The notes under the pieces are model-generated. The model saw nothing but the letters and a program-made list of their open reading frames with translations. It made no database searches and was not told where the DNA came from. A stretch of DNA of 64,000 nt, from NCBI GenBank assembly GCA_963664405.1, contig OY761158.1, forward strand, positions 1,248,001 to 1,312,000, written 5' to 3'. Below, piece by piece: positions 1-15,840 of this stretch. Within the stretch, counting starts at the first letter, position 1. Every line of letters starts with the position of its first letter. Origin of the DNA: Thermoanaerobaculia bacterium. Its GTDB lineage: Bacteria; Acidobacteriota; Thermoanaerobaculia; Multivoradales; Multivoraceae. Position numbers and translations under genes: made by a program.

Positions 1-198
1 GGATGGCCCCCCTCGAGGGCGCGTCTCACGAAACTCGCTCAGTTCGTTCGTCATCGTACCTCCTTTGTCGAGTCGAGTCCGGGGAGTGCACGGCCCGTGC
101 CATGCTCCGAGGGGCACGCGAAACGCCCGATACCCCGGGCTCCATAGGCACTGTCGACGACGCCGCGCCCCACGCGAGCGAGACCCATGATCATTCTT

Positions 199-229
199 AG
201 TACATGATATGTACTTCTAACGTACATAT
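199..229. repeat. AT-rich overlapping palindromes: ATATGTAC-N7-GTACATAT (207-229) and AGTACAT-N3-ATGTACT (199-215)
   Basis: Read directly; function unknown (operator or recombination site). Confidence 0.55.
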
Positions 230-349
230 TTTCTGCTTCAGGAGGCTTGCCGACCAGCTCGACGGCAGCCCCGAAATAAACAGCGGGTCACCCGGCGCTA
301 CCAGACCGGTAGAATCGAATATCTCAACTAAGGCCTCAGGAGAACATCG

Positions 350-760
350 ATGACGACAAGCGGCTACTACTCGACCCTCGTACTCACAATGAGCCTCGCG
401 GCCTGCGCGCCGGGACCCGAAACTGCAGCTGAACCCAAAGAGCCGGACAGATTGGCGGGGGCGCAGCTCGATGGAGCGCTCTCTGGCTCGGACGTTCTTC
501 TTCTCGACGTGCGCGAGGCCCACGAGATCGCGGACCTCGGAACTGTCGAAGGCCACCTGCACATTCCCATCGATCAACTCCCGGGCCGGCTCGGCGAGCT
601 GCCTCGAGATAAACCCATCCTCACCGCCTGAAACGGCGGTGGACGAGCCGCGCGTGCCGCGGCTTTGCTAGTCGAGAACGGATTCGAGGTGGCCGGATTC
701 TGCGGCCTCAGAGACTACGTGGGGCCGAGAATCTACCCGGAGATAGGCGAAGAGCCCTGA
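350..760 (+). CDS. Lipoprotein rhodanese-domain sulfurtransferase, probable selenoprotein (Sec at TGA 629-631), 136 aa
   Basis: AGGAG RBS; lipobox LAAC; LLDVRE and GHLHIP motifs; frame stays open past the TGA as U-NGGGRAARAAALL..EEP* (rhodanese CxxGxR loop); same arrangement in the paralog at 51434. Confidence 0.85.
646..664 (+). promoter_or_regulatory. Putative bacterial SECIS hairpin AGCCGCG-CGTGC-CGCGGCT
   Basis: 7-bp stem starting 15 nt after the TGA, GU-containing loop; 6-bp core identical in the paralog. Confidence 0.6.
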
Positions 761-796
761 GCCCTGCCTCGCAAAGATTCCACCAGATGGGGGTAG

Positions 797-1417
797 CTAG
801 CGGTCCGAAGTGAGGCCCAGCTCGACGTCGAAAAAATCCTTCACCATCTGTAGCACCCGGGCCGAGCCGAATTCACCTCCTCTGCCGTGGGCGCCGCCCT
901 CGACCGTGTAGAAAGTGTGCTCGACTCCGTCCTTCGTCAGCGCCGCATCCAGCAGCTCGCTCTGGTTGTAGGGAACCGTCTTGTCTTGGTCGCCGTGGAC
1001 GATGAGGAAGGGCGGATCGTCTGAGGTGACGTAAGTAATCGGATCGGCTCTCCGCACGAGATCCGGGTGATCTTGAATCGGCGCACCGATCAGTAGCGAC
1101 TCGGGTGACCCCGGGTCGTCGTGAACCAGCTGACTCCCCGCCGCATCCATCTTGGTGAAGGTGGTCGGGCCGAAAAAGTCGGCTACCGCCTGGACTCGGC
1201 TCGACTGATCCGGATGACCAAGGCTCCCCTCCAACTCTTCGACATCGCCGCTGGTGCCGAGCAGGGCGACGAGGTGCCCACCAGCGGACGGACCCCACAC
1301 GCCGATTCGGGAGGGGTCGATATCGTACTTCTCGGCATGTGCACGCAACCAGCGGATCGCCGCCTTGCAGTCGTGGATCTGCGCCGGGAAGGTCGCCACC
1401 CCACTCAGCCGATAGCC
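797..1417 (-). pseudogene. 5'-truncated alpha/beta hydrolase (esterase), paralog of 51849..52790
   Basis: GPSAGG and HGDQD motifs present; similarity to the paralog stops at ~1417, so the signal peptide and HGGG are lost. Confidence 0.85.
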
Positions 1418-1475
1418 CCTCGCTTCAGGACTCGGACCTAGCAACTCCGGACTCGACGCCGCTTATACTCGCCCG

Positions 1476-2924
<1,449 letters not shown>

Positions 2925-3125
2925 CATTTCTTCCGACGAGAGGTGTGGCACCCTTCGGGAGGGCAGGACTTTTTCGTCCGCCACAAGTGGCAATTTACGT
3001 GCGCCGCTAACAGAGGAGCCGCTCGACAGCAATGTCGTCGTGTACACTAGTGGGAAATCTACTCTAGGAAGTGGCTGACGCTCTTGGCTGCGGGTGCTGC
3101 CATGGGTCATTTGATAGGAGGAGTG

Positions 3126-3972
3126 ATGATGCGGCATCTTGTCTGCGCGTTCTCTCTGTCTCTGCTGGTGCTTCCTGCTGGTGCCTCTCCTCCACCCCCG
3201 GAGATGGTCGACATCCCGGAGTTTCAGGCTTGCCGCACCGTCGGGTTAATAACGCTGAACCCCCCGGAGCCCGACCAACCCGCGATGTTTGCACTAGACG
3301 TTGATCTCGACGCGTTCCCCCAAGCAAAGTGCAACGACGGTTCAGGAGCCGTCTTCTGGGTGCGCCGCTATGAGACCCTGGGGGCGCAGAGCGTGGAGAA
3401 CCAGAACAAGTGGTGGATCCACCTCCCTGGCGGTGGCGCTGCGGTGCGCGGCTTCGGCGCCGCCGACCGCTACTGCACTAACGCGTCGCGGATGAGCACG
3501 CTGGATATAGACAGGGGACCCATCGCACCGCGGAGCATCGCCGCCGGCCCCCCGGAGAACCGCTTCCGCAATTGGAACCACGTCTTCATCTACAACTGCA
3601 GCTCGGACCGCTTCGTGGGCGCCGCCGGCGCGGTGGCGACCAGCGGACAGCCCACGGGCGCCTCCGATCCGGTCGACTACACCATTCATTACAACGGCGC
3701 GCACATCCTCGACGCCGTCCTCGACACCTTGAAGCGCCACGACGGCGTCGTCAGCTACATCGACCGGGAGGGGAAGACACGGGTGATGCCCAACCTCGAC
3801 GCGGCCACGACCGTGATCTTCGCCGGCGAGGCGGCCGGCGCAACCGGCGTAATCCAGCGCGCCGATGATGTGCACGCGTCGCTTCTGGCGACGAACACCA
3901 ACTGCGTCGGCGAGTCCTGTGACGTCGACGTCGGTGCCGTCGTCGACGGCGCATATCTCCCCAGCCAGGAGA
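3126..3972 (+). pseudogene. 5' half of a secreted pectinacetylesterase/Notum-like protein, interrupted by the island
   Basis: GGAGG RBS, signal peptide, CNDGS, HLPGGG, NWNHVFIYNC; joins in frame to 46718..48118. Confidence 0.75.
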
Positions 3973-4009
3973 GCTGGCAACGCGGATTCAAATCCCGTTG
4001 GGGACACCA
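3973..4009 (+). other. 3' fragment of a tRNA (Glu-like) carried in the att site
   Basis: GCTGG-CAAC-GCGGA-TTCAAAT-CCCGT-TGGGGAC-A-CCA = anticodon 3' strand, variable loop, T-arm, acceptor strand; no 5' half. Confidence 0.75.
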
Positions 4010-4303
4010 GCATCTAACTTATTCTCTATTCTTAACTTACTCTTGATCCATGAATGAGTCTAGATTGTAGGCTCCGGGCTAGAGTAGGCAATAGGTAGGA
4101 TTCGAGCAGCGATTTCTCGCTTCTGGGTGGCGGATCAAGACGTGAGCACTGGCGGACTCTCGAAGACCCTTCTTGAGGTTCTTTCTACGCCCCGGTTTGC
4201 CAGCCGAGTCCTCTTCGCTGCGGCTGTCGGTGCGGTGGTCCCGCTCTTCGGTCAGTAGTGGGTTCCCAGCATAGAAGGTCTGGAGGGGGCATTGGGGTAC
4301 CTC

Positions 4304-5241
4304 TGAGCCGGTCCGGGAATTGTGGACACCTGTAGAAGGCGCGAGAATGCGCCGAGGAGGTGTTCGTGATGAGCAAGCGTCGTCGTTTCAGCCGTGAATT
4401 CAAGTTGGACGTGGTTCGAATGGTGATTGAAGGCGGCCACAGCGCGACAGAGGTGTCGAAGGATCTGGAGCTTCGTCCGGAGATGGATGGTTCGTCGCTG
4501 GGTGGCGCAATATGGCGAGGACCGCGAGCAGTCGTTCCCGGGTCTTGGCCGGCAGAAAGAGCGGGACGCAGAAATGGCGAAGCTCCGTCGCGAGCTGGGC
4601 CGCGTGCGGGAGGAGCGAGACATTCTAAAAAAAGCGGTGGCGATCTTTTCGGAGCCCCGTCGATGAGGTTCGCGTTCATCCGGCAGCATCGGGCCGAGTT
4701 CTCGGTGCGCCGGATGTGTTGCGTCCTCGAGGTATCGACGAGTGGGTACTACGCTTGGCTTGTCCGGCCGGAGAGCGAGCGGAGTCGGGGAGATCGCCTT
4801 CTCAAGTCGAAGATGGCAGGAGAGTTCAAGGAGTCGCGCGAGACGTACGGTTCTCGGCGACTGGGTCGATCGGTGGGGTGCGGTCGCACTCGTTCCCGAC
4901 GCTTGATGCGCGAGGGCGGGCTGGTGGCGAAGAAGACCCGGCAATTTCGTGTGTGCACGACCGACTCCTCGCATTCGCTGCCCGTGGCCGAGAACCTTGT
5001 GGCCCAAAACTTTACGGCCACCGGGCCCGACCAGATCTGGGCGGGCGATATCACTCAGATTCGGACGAGGGAGGGCTGGCTGTACTTGGCGGTATTGCTC
5101 GATCTGTTCTCTCGCAAAGTTGTGGGCTGGGCGAAGAGCTCCTCGCTCGAGTCGAGCTTCTGTCACCGCGCGTTAGAACGTGCCGTGGCGAGCCGCCGAG
5201 CGGGCCCTGGCCTGATCCATCACACGGATCGAGGCAGCCAG
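4304..5241 (+). mobile_element. IS3-family element, truncated (orfA frameshifted, orfB ends at HTDRGSQ)
   Basis: TG..GTGGACACC left end; RRRFSREFK; A7G slippery site at ~4627; WAGDITQI motif. Confidence 0.85.
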
Positions 5242-5880
5242 GGCGGATTCAACTGGTCGTCGCAACATCTCGTGATGGAGGTGTTTCGATGGGAGTTGGC
5301 AAGTGTCAGGGTGCGATTCGAGCGATGCGTGGCCAGATGTGGTCACCTGGCCGGCCCTCGACAGCGCGGCGCGAGGACCGGATCCGGTTCTGGGAGACGA
5401 TCGCTCGTGGGGCGTCCAGCGAGGACGCCGCAACAGAGGCTGGGGTGTCGCCGGCTGTCGGATCGAGATGGTTCAGGCAAGCTGGTGGAATGCGACCTAT
5501 CTCGTTGGCTCCGGTGTCGGGGCGTTATCTGTCGTTCGCCGAGCGTGAAGAGATCGCCATCCTTCACGCTCAGCATGTTGGGGTACGTGAGATCGCTCGA
5601 CGTCTGGGTCGTTCACCGTCGACGATTTCGCGGGAGCTGCGCCGCAACGCGGCGACTCGCAGCCGTGCCATAACCTATCGGGCCACGACTGCGCAGTGGC
5701 ACGCGGAGCGGCGCGCCAGCCGTCCGAAGGTCTCCAAGCTTGCCGCGAACGACGCCTTGCGTGAGTACGTGCAGAACCGCCTCGCCGGCGTGATCGCAAG
5801 GCCTGACGGGGAGCTGGTGCCGGGTCCGGAGGTGCGTTGGATCGGCCGTCGGCACGGCCGTCGCCAGGATCGGCGTTGGG
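5242..5880 (+). mobile_element. IS30-family element, 5' fragment
   Basis: GGCGGATTCAACTGGTCGTCGCAACA end; RYLSFAEREEI..LGRSPSTISRELRRN HTH. Confidence 0.8.
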
Positions 5881-5904
5881 CTAAGCCACGACGCTGGAGC
5901 ACCT

Positions 5905-6530
5905 TGCAAAAACTTCCCTAGAGCTTCCCGACCCCGACCGTCCGCGACGTGAACCACCGTCCCGTGACTGCTGTCCACGACCACCGTGACGTACTCGTGC
6001 CGGCGTTGAAACGACGTCTCGTCTACACCCAGATGGCGGGTCGGGCGCAGCGTTCTGCGGGCCAATCCTCGGCCCACGGCACGCTGCTGAACCCCGTCGA
6101 TCTGATCCCAGCTCAAACGCAGAAGCCGGGCAACAGCCGAGAGATTCGACTCTCGAAGCCAGTCGATCGCCAGCCGCTCGAACTGTGCCGTGAAGCCCGA
6201 GCCGACCTCGGCCCACGGCACACGAACCTGGCGCACGCCGTGATCTCCGCACTTCACACGAGGAACCTCCGCGACCAGAACCGTCATGTACTGCATCGTG
6301 TCGAGGTGACGCCACTTGCGCTCACGCGTGTCGTAGCGCGGACTCGCCGCTCCGCATTCCGGACACGCTAGCTTCCCTGACCCGTTCTCCAAGTGCACTT
6401 CCACCGTCTCTGGACCTAGCTCGACATCTGTCACATGCCACGGCTCCTCGATCCCAAGAAGCTGGGCGTAAAGCTCTCGATCTCGCATACTCGCAGCATA
6501 CGATCAACCCACACGAAATCCCGAAGAGCC
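5905..6530 (-). mobile_element. ISL3-family element, 5' fragment
   Basis: GGCTCTT end at 6530; CPECG zinc finger, WRHLD, GVDETSF. Confidence 0.85.
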
Positions 6531-6842
6531 TTTTTAGGATCGCATGCTCCTGCTTCACTCGAGCCAGCTCGCGACGAAGGCGCTTGACCTCCTCCGCGGG
6601 ATCGGGCTCCGATCCCAACGACTCCCGGTGCTCGAAATGCTTGCGCCAACGGCGAATCTGCTCCGCACGCACATCCAACTCCCGAGCCACCTCGACGACC
6701 GAACGGCCCGTCCCGTAAGCGAGGCGGACCGCCTCGCGCTTGAGCTCCTCGCTGAATCTCCTCCGTGACTGACCCATCTCCTGAACACCTCCAAGTCCAT
6801 TCTCGGACTTTTAGCGGTGTCCACCAAATCGGGGTAGCTCCA
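6531..6842 (-). mobile_element. IS3-family left end + orfA
   Basis: TG..GGTGGACACC end; RRRFSEELKREAVRL; ends at ILK in the A-run. Confidence 0.8.
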
Positions 6843-6959
6843 CGTAGCCCCCGAGGGCATTTCCGCCCGGGCAAGCTGGGTACACAGCTCTTCGAAGCCC
6901 TTGTCTCGGCCGCCGTTCAGGGGCCTGATACTGTTCCAGTCAAGAGCAACTCGGCTCAT
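6843..6959 (-). pseudogene. N-terminal remnant of a nuclease-like protein (possible defence nuclease-ATPase)
   Basis: DWNSIRPLNG..GFEELCTQLAR resembles N-termini of Mrr/REase-like STAND proteins; cut by the IS3 end. Confidence 0.45.
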
Positions 6960-7003
6960 AGGAGAAGCGCCTCAGAAGTGGATGTCCGTTGCGTCGTTTT
7001 AGG

Positions 7004-7490
7004 GCGTTGTTGCACGAGTCGTGACTGGCCCGCACGATGCCCAATCGAAAGGGTCCTCACCTGCCGTTGCGATACGACACTGGTCGGCCGAGGGCGGTCA
7101 TCCGATTGAAGGATCTCACAGCCGAGGACGACCTTACTCCCCTGCCCAGCTGGACTACGGGCGCGAAGGCCATCTCCGATGATGGACTTGTAGCGGAAGA
7201 ACGCGTTCTCCACCCGGCCCTGACGATGGTACCCTGACGCCCGCTTCCAGCGGCGCTGGCCGAGCGTCTTCACCAAATGGATTGTCCGATCCCGCGCGGG
7301 CGACCGCGGGCCGTGGCCAGACACGTTCGCCGTCCTGGCCGGTGGGACGACGACCATCGCACCCCGCGCCCTTGCGGTCTCGTAGAGGCGTTGTTGCACG
7401 AATCGTAATTGGCCCGCGCCGATCTCGATCCACAGCTTCTCCACCGGCCGATGCGGTACGACATTGGCCTGCCCAGCCCAGTCATCTGAT
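7004..7490 (-). mobile_element. IS5-family transposase 3' fragments with two tandem right ends
   Basis: WKRASGYHRQGRVENAFFRYK; GCGTTGTTGCACGA repeated at ~7004 and ~7388. Confidence 0.7.
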
Positions 7491-7494
7491 TCAT

Positions 7495-7684
7495 AGTAGG
7501 TCTGCTCGCTGATCCCGAGCTTCTTGTACATCTGTGGGATGTGCAGCCCTCGGCTCAGCTCGACCTCGGCCTGCCGCAACTTGCTGACGATCTGTTCCGT
7601 GCTGTAACGCTTGGTGGGCATCCCCGCCTCCTTTCGCCCAAGAGCCTAACGCTGGATCTGGACTCGTCCAAGGGGGGCAGGTCA
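7495..7684 (-). mobile_element. IS3-family (IS407-like) left end + orfA fragment
   Basis: TGACCTGCCCCC end; KRYSTEQIVSKLRQAE. Confidence 0.75.
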
Positions 7685-7716
7685 GATTCGACGGAGTGTT
7701 CGCTATATGAGAACAT

Positions 7717-7830
7717 TTGGGTGTGAAGGCGGTCGGGAAGATCGAGTGGGCGACCAAGGCCGTGAAGGACATGCATCGCCTCGCCGCCCCGGCCCGCGAG
7801 CGGATCGTCGCCAAGGTCGAACAGTACGCG
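7717..7830 (+). pseudogene. RelE/ParE-like toxin N-terminal fragment
   Basis: KIEWATKAVKDMHRL..RERIVAKVEQYA. Confidence 0.5.
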
Positions 7831-8258
7831 GCGGTTCGGCTCTCTTGTGCCTCTGTCGGCCAGCCTCGCGTACGCGTCGCTGGCCGACGTTCGATCGTCG
7901 TTCGGTGACAACGGCAGTCGTGACGACGTGCCCCGCACTTCAGCCGATTCGGCCCATGGAGAATCCGCGTAATGCCTTGATAATACAGTATATTATGGAC
8001 GGAGTTGGACGACTTGAAATGTTGGTGGATCCATTATGGTCATCATGGCGCTGACGACTGCTAAAGATCTATAAATACCTGGTATTAATAGACTTACTGC
8101 TTATGTATCAGACGTGATTCCCTCATTCACTCCCGCTTTCTGAACGGGAATCCATCCGACTGTATGAGAAGTCCGTGGACGAGTTCTGAGTAATCAACCG
8201 AGGCCGCGCGGCCGGGCGTGAGATCGGTATGTTCCAATCCGCGCTGGCCGATCCGGTG

Positions 8259-11399
<3,141 letters not shown>

Positions 11400-11407
11400 T
11401 AGGACCT

Positions 11408-12634
11408 TTACGGCATCCCCGGTACGGTTGCGCGCAAGCGAAGTTCACCGGAAACAAGCTGTGGCAGAAGCAAGTCACGTAGTCCAGCTAGATATTGGTT
11501 TGTTTTTTCCTTATTTAGTATCGAATAGTGAATCGGCACTATTGTTTCATCGAACAGACGCCTGAGGTGTTCTCCCACGTCGATTATCTTCAACGCACTG
11601 AAAGTGGATTTGTTCATATTCTGAAAGACTGAACCTCCACTGCCAACCAGCATTATTTCCGACGCGAGCCGCCTACAAGACCAATACAAATATGTGCCGG
11701 CCCTGCAATCGTGCGGAACGATGCTATTGATTTGCTGGTTGGTCTAAGTCTCTTGATGGTTCAATACGACTAGCCCAGGTGTGGCGATGCAGCTAACCGA
11801 AATGATTCCAGGTGGTAGCGTCTTATTACCCTGCGAGTCGGCTCCATACTTGGAAAGCATAGTCTCAGTCTTGACTGCATAGACCTTGCCGTGCATATCG
11901 GGGATCTTCAGGAAGGGAATATCATTTCCGTAGAAATCCAGATTGCGAGTGCTCGGAGTCTTCCCGGTAACAATCTTACCGAAACTGCTTAGTGGTTTCA
12001 CTTTCCACCCCGCCGGTATCTCACCCAGTTCGGACTCGACAAGCCGATCAGGAAACAGGTCGGAAAGATGCCGGGGTAATCCCGTATCGCGGCCCTTCAT
12101 CTTCGCCCGGACCGGATCGAAATCGACGAACCAGGACTTGAACAGCGCCTGGGCCATCGCCTCCAGTGTCTCGTTCATCCGCCGGTTCAGATCGATCTTG
12201 TCGTCGAGGTTGCCGAGGACGTGCGCGATGGATCGCTGTTCGTAAGGTGATGGAACTATAGCTGGGAGGCCGTGAATATGGTTGCGATTCAGCGTTGGTA
12301 CACTACTTCCAACATTGAATTGTACAAGATCAAGAGATTTCAGAAAGTAGTAGCAGAACCGAGGATCATTTCCATTGAAGTTCTTTACCCATAGGGTCGT
12401 ATTCAGTGGCCAAAAGTCTTCCTCAATAAATTGACCTCCACCAATGCTTCCTGAACGACCGATCACGACACCGGGCCCTTTTACTTTCGCTTCTTCGTGC
12501 CTACCAACGGGACCTGTGGATGCAATGACTGGATAGTTACCTAGCTTGCGTTGGGATGTGGGTAAATCGAATCCTCTTTGCAATGTGACCACATCTCCAA
12601 GCGTCGTATAGCGCCACTCACTCCACACAGCCAA
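11408..12634 (-). pseudogene. hsdS: Type I R-M specificity subunit with in-frame TAG at 11744-11746
   Basis: Two-TRD layout; the frame continues TNQQINSIV after the TAG and ends with [14 protein letters not shown]. Confidence 0.9.
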
Positions 12635-15600
12635 GGTCCCTTAGACTGGCGGCAATTGCCGTGTCGAGCCGTGCACCTTCAGTTTGCTGCTCGTGAAGCT
12701 GTGCCACGAGCCGTTTCATCTTGTCCTCGAACGGTTCACCGTCGTCCTCTTGGGGCTCTACGCCGACATAGCGGCCTGGCGTCAGCACATAGGCGTGCTT
12801 GCGCATCTCATCCAACCCCTCTCTGCCAAGATGCTTGAGACATCTCGCCACCCCTCAAATAGAGTAGGGCGGAGAGGTGAAACCTGATGTCTGAAGAGAG
12901 GAAGATGGAAGAGATGAGATCAGCAAGCACGTCCATTGCGGTCCGGGGCGAGGAGGAGGTTTCCCAGCTTCCCCCGTGCGCCCAGCTGGGGTCCGCGGAA
13001 GCGCCGACGGGCGAGCGTAGCGAGCACGGAGACGCAGCAGCGGGCGCCATCTGGGCGCGGCCGAGCCCTGTGTTGGATCCTGAGGTGGCCGCCAAGCCAA
13101 CGCGGCGGACCTTCACGGCCGAGTACAAGCTGCGAATTCTCGAAGAAGTCGATCTCGCCACGCCTGGCGACATCGGCGCGATCCTGCGCCGCGAGGGATT
13201 GTACAGCTCGCACTTGACGGCCTGGCGCAAGGCACGTAGGACCGGCGCTCTGCGAAGGCTGGGCCGAAAGCGAGGGCGCAAGGCGAAGCAGGCCGATCCA
13301 CAGGCCAAGAAGATCGAGCAACTGGAAAAGGAGCTCTCCCGTACTCGCGAGGCGCTACGCAAGGCAGAGCTGATCCTCGAAGTGCAGGGAAAAGTTGCCG
13401 GGCTGCTGGGCTTCAACCTCGAGGACGGGAGGAACTCCTGATCGCCGCCGCCGAGTTGGCGTTGCAGGTCGGCGTCAAGCCGTCCTGTGTCGCTCTCGGC
13501 GTGGCACGGGCGACTCTGTACCGTCGTCGGAAGCCAACTACCGGGCCGCAGCCCCGGCCAACACCCGCCCGGGCTCTGAGCGAGGACGAGCGCCAAGCCG
13601 TCCTGGACGTCCTGGACTCGCCTCGTTTCGTCGACCGTGCCCCCGCCGAGGTCGTCGCCACGCTCCTGGACGAGCAACGCTACCTCTGCTCGGAGAGGAC
13701 CATGTACCGCATCCTCGCTGCGCGAGCTCCGGTGCGCGAGCGGCGCAACCAGCTTCGCCACCCCGACTACACCAAGCCGGAGCTGGTGGCGGCCGCCCCC
13801 AACCAAGTCTGGTCCTGGGATATCACCCGGTTGCGGGGTCCTGAGAAGTGGAGCTACTACTACCTCTACGTCCTGCTCGACATCTTCAGCCGCTACGTCG
13901 TCGGCTGGATGCTCGCTCCCCGCGAGAACGCCAATCTCGCCGGTCGCCTCATCGAGGAGACCTGCTGCAAGCACGACGTCAAACCTGAGGTGCTCACCCT
14001 GCACAGCGATCGGGGCTCCCCGATGACCGCCAAGTGCACGGCTCAGCTACTCGCCGATCTGGGACTCACTCAGTCGCTCAGCCGGCCCCAGGTCTGTGAC
14101 GACAATCCCTTCTCCGAGGCCCAGTTCAAGACCCTCAAGTACCACCCGAGCTTCCCCTCCCGATTCGCCAGCCAGGAGGCCGCCCAGGCTTTCTGCAGGA
14201 CCTTCTTCCCTTGGTACAACACCGAGCACCGCCACGGTGGGATCGCACACCTGACCCCTCACGGCGTCCACCACGGTCGAGCGGAGCAGGCCCTTGCCGC
14301 ACGGCAACTCGCGCTCGATGCCGCCTTCCAAACTCACCCAGAACGCTTCCTCCGAGGGCGACCCATCGTCTCGCCTTTACCTGGAACCGTATACATCAAC
14401 CGGCCTGACGATACGCAGGCCTCGACCGAAGAGGACCTTCACTAATTTATGACTCGAGGTGTCTCAAAGTTCTTGACAGGTTCCGAACGATGCGCTCTTG
14501 CAGAAGCCGGGAATGTCGGCGCAGGCGGCGCTAACGTCTGCCGTGCGCCAGGCGTGGTAGGTGCCGGCGATACGGGCAATGTCCTCGTCGGTCAGCTCAC
14601 GGTGCGTCCGGTCCACCATCCGGCCGAGCTTCCTCGCGTCGATGAACAGGATCTCGCCCTGGCGCTTGCGTCGGCGCGCCAGGAACCACAGACAGGCGGG
14701 AATCTGGGTGGAGTAAAAGAGCTGACCCGGCAGTGCAATCATACAGTCCACTAGCTCCGCCTCGATCAGGTTCTTCCGAATCTCTCCCTCGCCCGATTGG
14801 TTTGAGGACATCGACCCGTTGGCGAGCACGAACCCCGCGACGCCCTTCGGCGCTAAGTGGTGGACCATGTGCTGGACCCAGGCAAAGTTGGCGTTGCCCT
14901 TCGGCGGGATGCCGTAGCGCCAGCGCTTGTCCTCGACCAGCCTGTCGCCGCCCCAGTCCGAGACGTTAAACGGGGGATTGGCGAGGATGAAATCGGCCTT
15001 CAGGTCCGGATGGCGGTCGTTATAGAAGCTGTCGCCGTGGGCGATCTGCCCCCCAATGCCTCGTATGGCCAAGTTCATCTTCGCGAGCCGCCACGTCGTG
15101 TAGTTCGACTCCTGCCCGTAGATCGAGATGTCGCCGCGCGCCTTGCCGCCGTTGCCGTTTCCGCTGGAGTGGGCGCGAATGAACGAGATCGACTGCACGA
15201 ACATTCCCGAGGAGCCGCAGCAGGGATCGTAGACCCGCCCTCGGTAGGGCTCCAGCATCTCGACGAGCAGCTTGACGACACAGCACGGGGTGTAGAACTC
15301 GCCGCCTTTCTTGCCCTCCGCGCTCGCGAACTGCGAGAGGAAGTACTCGTAGACGCGGCCGAGGACATCTCGGGAGCGTGCTTCGGCATCCCCGACACGG
15401 ATGTTTCCGATCATGTCGATCAACTGACCGAGACGCTGCTTGTCCAAGGCAGGCCGCGCGTAGTCCTTGGGCAGCACCTCCTTCAGCCCCGGGTTGTCGC
15501 GCTCGATCGCGGCCATGGCCTGATCGACGGTCTGGCCAATGGTCGACTGCCGCGCCTGGGCCTTCAGGTGCGGCCAGCGGGCTTCCTGCGGCACCCAGAA

Positions 15601-15840
15601 GATGTTCTCTGCGATGTATTCATCGCGGTCCTCCGCAGCGTCCTCGCCCCACCCGGCCAGCACCGACGCGTGACGCTCCTCGAAGGCGTCCGAGATGTAC
15701 TTCAGGAAGATTAGGCCGAGCACCACATGTTTGTACTCGGCGGCATCCATCGAGCCTCGGAGCGCATCAGCCATCGCCCACAGCTCGGCCTCGTAGCCGG
15801 TTGTTGCCCCGCTATCGGAACGTGTGCTCGCTGTCTTCAT
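12618..15840 (-). pseudogene. hsdM: Type I R-M methyltransferase interrupted by an IS
   Basis: [18 protein letters not shown]; removing the IS restores ..[19 protein letters not shown]. Confidence 0.93.
12817..14485 (+). mobile_element. Complete IS3-family element (orfA 12887..13441, orfB 13456..14445), 3-bp target duplication AAC
   Basis: IRs TGCCAAGATGCTTGAGACATCTCG / CGAGGTGTCTCAAAGTTCTTGACA; WSWDIT, HSDRG; AAC at 12814-16 and 14486-88. Confidence 0.92.

Noticed and set aside
3973-4009. Complete tRNA gene
   Set aside because: Only the 3' half is present and the T-stem is mismatched; treated as an att fragment
4360-5921. 437-aa and 401-aa ORFs as single transposases
   Set aside because: They are read-throughs across IS3/IS30/ISL3 junctions
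7960-8120. AT-rich att-like tract with TGGTGGATCC
   Set aside because: The tRNA-like match is too short and no partner site is visible
11744-11746. Pyrrolysine recoding of the hsdS TAG
   Set aside because: No pyl context; a point nonsense mutation in a decaying locus is simpler
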